Below, one piece after another: positions 62,253 to 64,000 of a DNA stretch of 64,000 bases. The translations under genes and the position numbers were made by a program. How positions within the stretch are numbered: position 1 is the first letter of the stretch; the number at the start of each line of letters is the position of its first letter. The notes below the pieces were generated by a model. That model saw nothing but the letters and a program-made list of their open reading frames with translations, searched no databases and had not been told where the DNA came from. Origin of the DNA: Heterodontus francisci (Eukaryota); contig NC_090395.1 in assembly GCF_036365525.1 (NCBI RefSeq), positions 65,745,326 through 65,809,325 of the forward strand, written 5' to 3'.

Positions 62253-63689
62253 AAAGTGATCAGAGATGGCCTTATCTGTGGGAATACCAAAGCCACATGA
62301 GTTGGCAAGGTCAAGGAGGTGGCAATGAGTATGGGCTGTGGAGTTTACAAGGAGGGGGAGATTAAAGGAGGATAGGAGGCCAGTGATCTCAGAGGAGAGA
62401 GATCATGATGAATTAAGATGGAGGTTAAAATCACCGAGGATGAGAAGTCACTCGGTGCAGAGGCTGAGGGGGGAAAGCAGTGAAGATATTTCAGTGGGAA
62501 ATGTTTTATAGTACTTGGGTGGACAGCAGAATATGAGGATTTTAAATGAAAGGCAAGCAGGGTACATTAAGGTGAGATGCTCAAAGGAGGAGAAAGTGCC
62601 CAAGAGTAGGGGGTCAGGCCTAGGTGTGATCTGGTGGCAAAAGCCACACTGCCACTGTGACGGCCTGGGTGGGCCAAGTGGTGGAAGGTATAGCCAGACA
62701 GGGAGGCTTCATTTAGGGGAAGGTATCATCACCTTTTAGCCAGGTTTCCAGCAAGGCCATGATGTTGATGCAATCATCCGCAATAAGTTCATGGATGGTA
62801 AGGGCCTTGTTCACAAGTGACCAGCCATTCTGGAGAGAGATGCGGAGAGGAGCAGTGAGAGCTGGCCCACTGGCAGAGTCCACAGGGTCAGTAATGGGAG
62901 GATTGGCATTTTCCCCCCATTGGAAATGCAAGGCCACCAAGTCAATCAGGGAGCTGGTTTTCTAGGAGGTGACAGAGGTCTATCACCAACTGACATGACA
63001 ACCTCAGGCTGCAGAAGCACTGCTCTTCCAAGAAGTCAAAGAAACTAAAACCCTGCCTGTAAACATGGGTAGTGACTACTTCGAACTCAACCCCTCTGCT
63101 GCTCCCCTCACCGCTTAATATCAGCAGGTCTCTCCACAGTTGCTGCTGCTGATGGTCATCTTGTTCCTCGTTTGAGGTCCAATCTAAGGCAGCCAGGGCC
63201 CCACACTGATTTGAGTCTCAATATCTCCAAAATGCAGAAACTACGTATTCACCACAGTACTCTGAACAAACCCTTTCCCAGTGATCAGGGGAAAAAAGCA
63301 GCAGTGAGCACTGAGTATTTATTGCTATAATTACCTGATTTTTAATGAGCCCCATGAATGGTCATTGTGATCTCACTTTGGTTTCAATGGCGAGTTTCAG
63401 GAAGCCAGGTAAACCTATGGATACATTGTTAATTAAAAATGAAAATTGAAATAGCACTAGAATTGAGTGATTAAGATATTTAAATTGCTTGCCTGCCTCT
63501 CTGGAGGGAATGTGTGCAACCAGCCAAATTCACCCAAGTTAAACTGGGAAGTCAGTGTGTTGGAGCTGAATTTCAGATGCAAATGTATTTTTGGCCACTT
63601 TAACTCCCTACACCCACCTAAACCCACATGGTGTTGGCAGGTGAACTGACCATCAATGTTCAACTTCTCCTAAGATATTTAAAAGATAC

Positions 63690-64000
63690 AGTATCTCAGA
63701 AAGAGAGAAGCTATTTCCTTTGCTGGGGGTGTCCAGAACAATGAGGCACAACCTCAAAATTAGAGCTAGGCCACTCAGGAGTGATGTCAGGAAGAATATC
63801 TTCACACAAAGGATTGGGGAAACCAAGAACTTTCTCCCCGAAAAAGCTGTTGAAGCTGGGGGTTCAATTGGAAATTTCAAAACTGAGTTTGACAGATTTT
63901 CGTTAGGTAAGGGTATTAAGGATTCTGCAACTAAGGTGGGTAGATAGAATTAAGATACAAATCAATCATGATTTAATTGATCACAGGCTCAAAGGGCTTA
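63690..64000 (+). mobile_element. CR1 3' fragment
   Basis: SRTMRHNLKIR..IFTQR motif. Confidence 0.7.

Larger units (their letters stand above)
58447..62950 (-). mobile_element. L2-clade LINE, interrupted by a CR1 and a SINE
   Basis: Antisense motifs MALLETWL, ALIKVINDIL, LNLSAAFDMVD, CLSNIQYWM; host resumes at ~61120. Confidence 0.8.

Noticed and set aside
196-63947. Most short ORFs in the supplied track
   Set aside because: They are antisense or alternate frames of TEs, or AT-rich intron sequence, without splice or domain support.
58373-64000. Downstream exons of gene B
   Set aside because: No C2, TM or ITIM exon was recognised; the region is L2/CR1/SINE. The exons are probably beyond the window, so activating versus inhibitory type cannot be called.

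Overview
Eukaryotic, repeat-dense vertebrate DNA. The repeat content (V-SINE/HE1-type and DeuSINE-type SINEs, many CR1 and L2 LINEs, Tx1, RTE, Harbinger) points to a cartilaginous fish (shark). The host genes are two tandem, co-oriented (+ strand) paralogous immune-type receptors of the CD300/pIgR/TREM-like (MDIR-type) family. I reconstructed their exons by hand from GT-AG sites and phases. Gene A (10909-~34237, 7 exons) is leader, CD300/pIgR-like V domain, FCRL-like C2 domain, S/T stalk, uncharged TM, short cytoplasmic exon and a multi-ITIM tail. It carries lesions: a TGA and a 1-nt deletion in the C2 exon, a probable +1 frameshift before a 4th tyrosine motif, and loss of one family cysteine. 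It is either a pseudogene or survives as a V-only isoform by skipping the phase 1-1 C2 exon. Gene B (54032->58372) shows only an intact leader and V exon; the rest probably lies beyond the window. Everything else is transposable elements: an end-complete 2.9-kb Harbinger with 13-bp TIRs and 3-bp TSD, MITEs, a multi-layer CR1 nest, a hAT MITE, a solo-LTR-like insert, and an intergenic triplication built around a decayed Penelope-like RT. No rRNA, true tRNA or CRISPR is present. All counts and alignments are by eye, and TE boundaries without TSD/TIR evidence are approximate.
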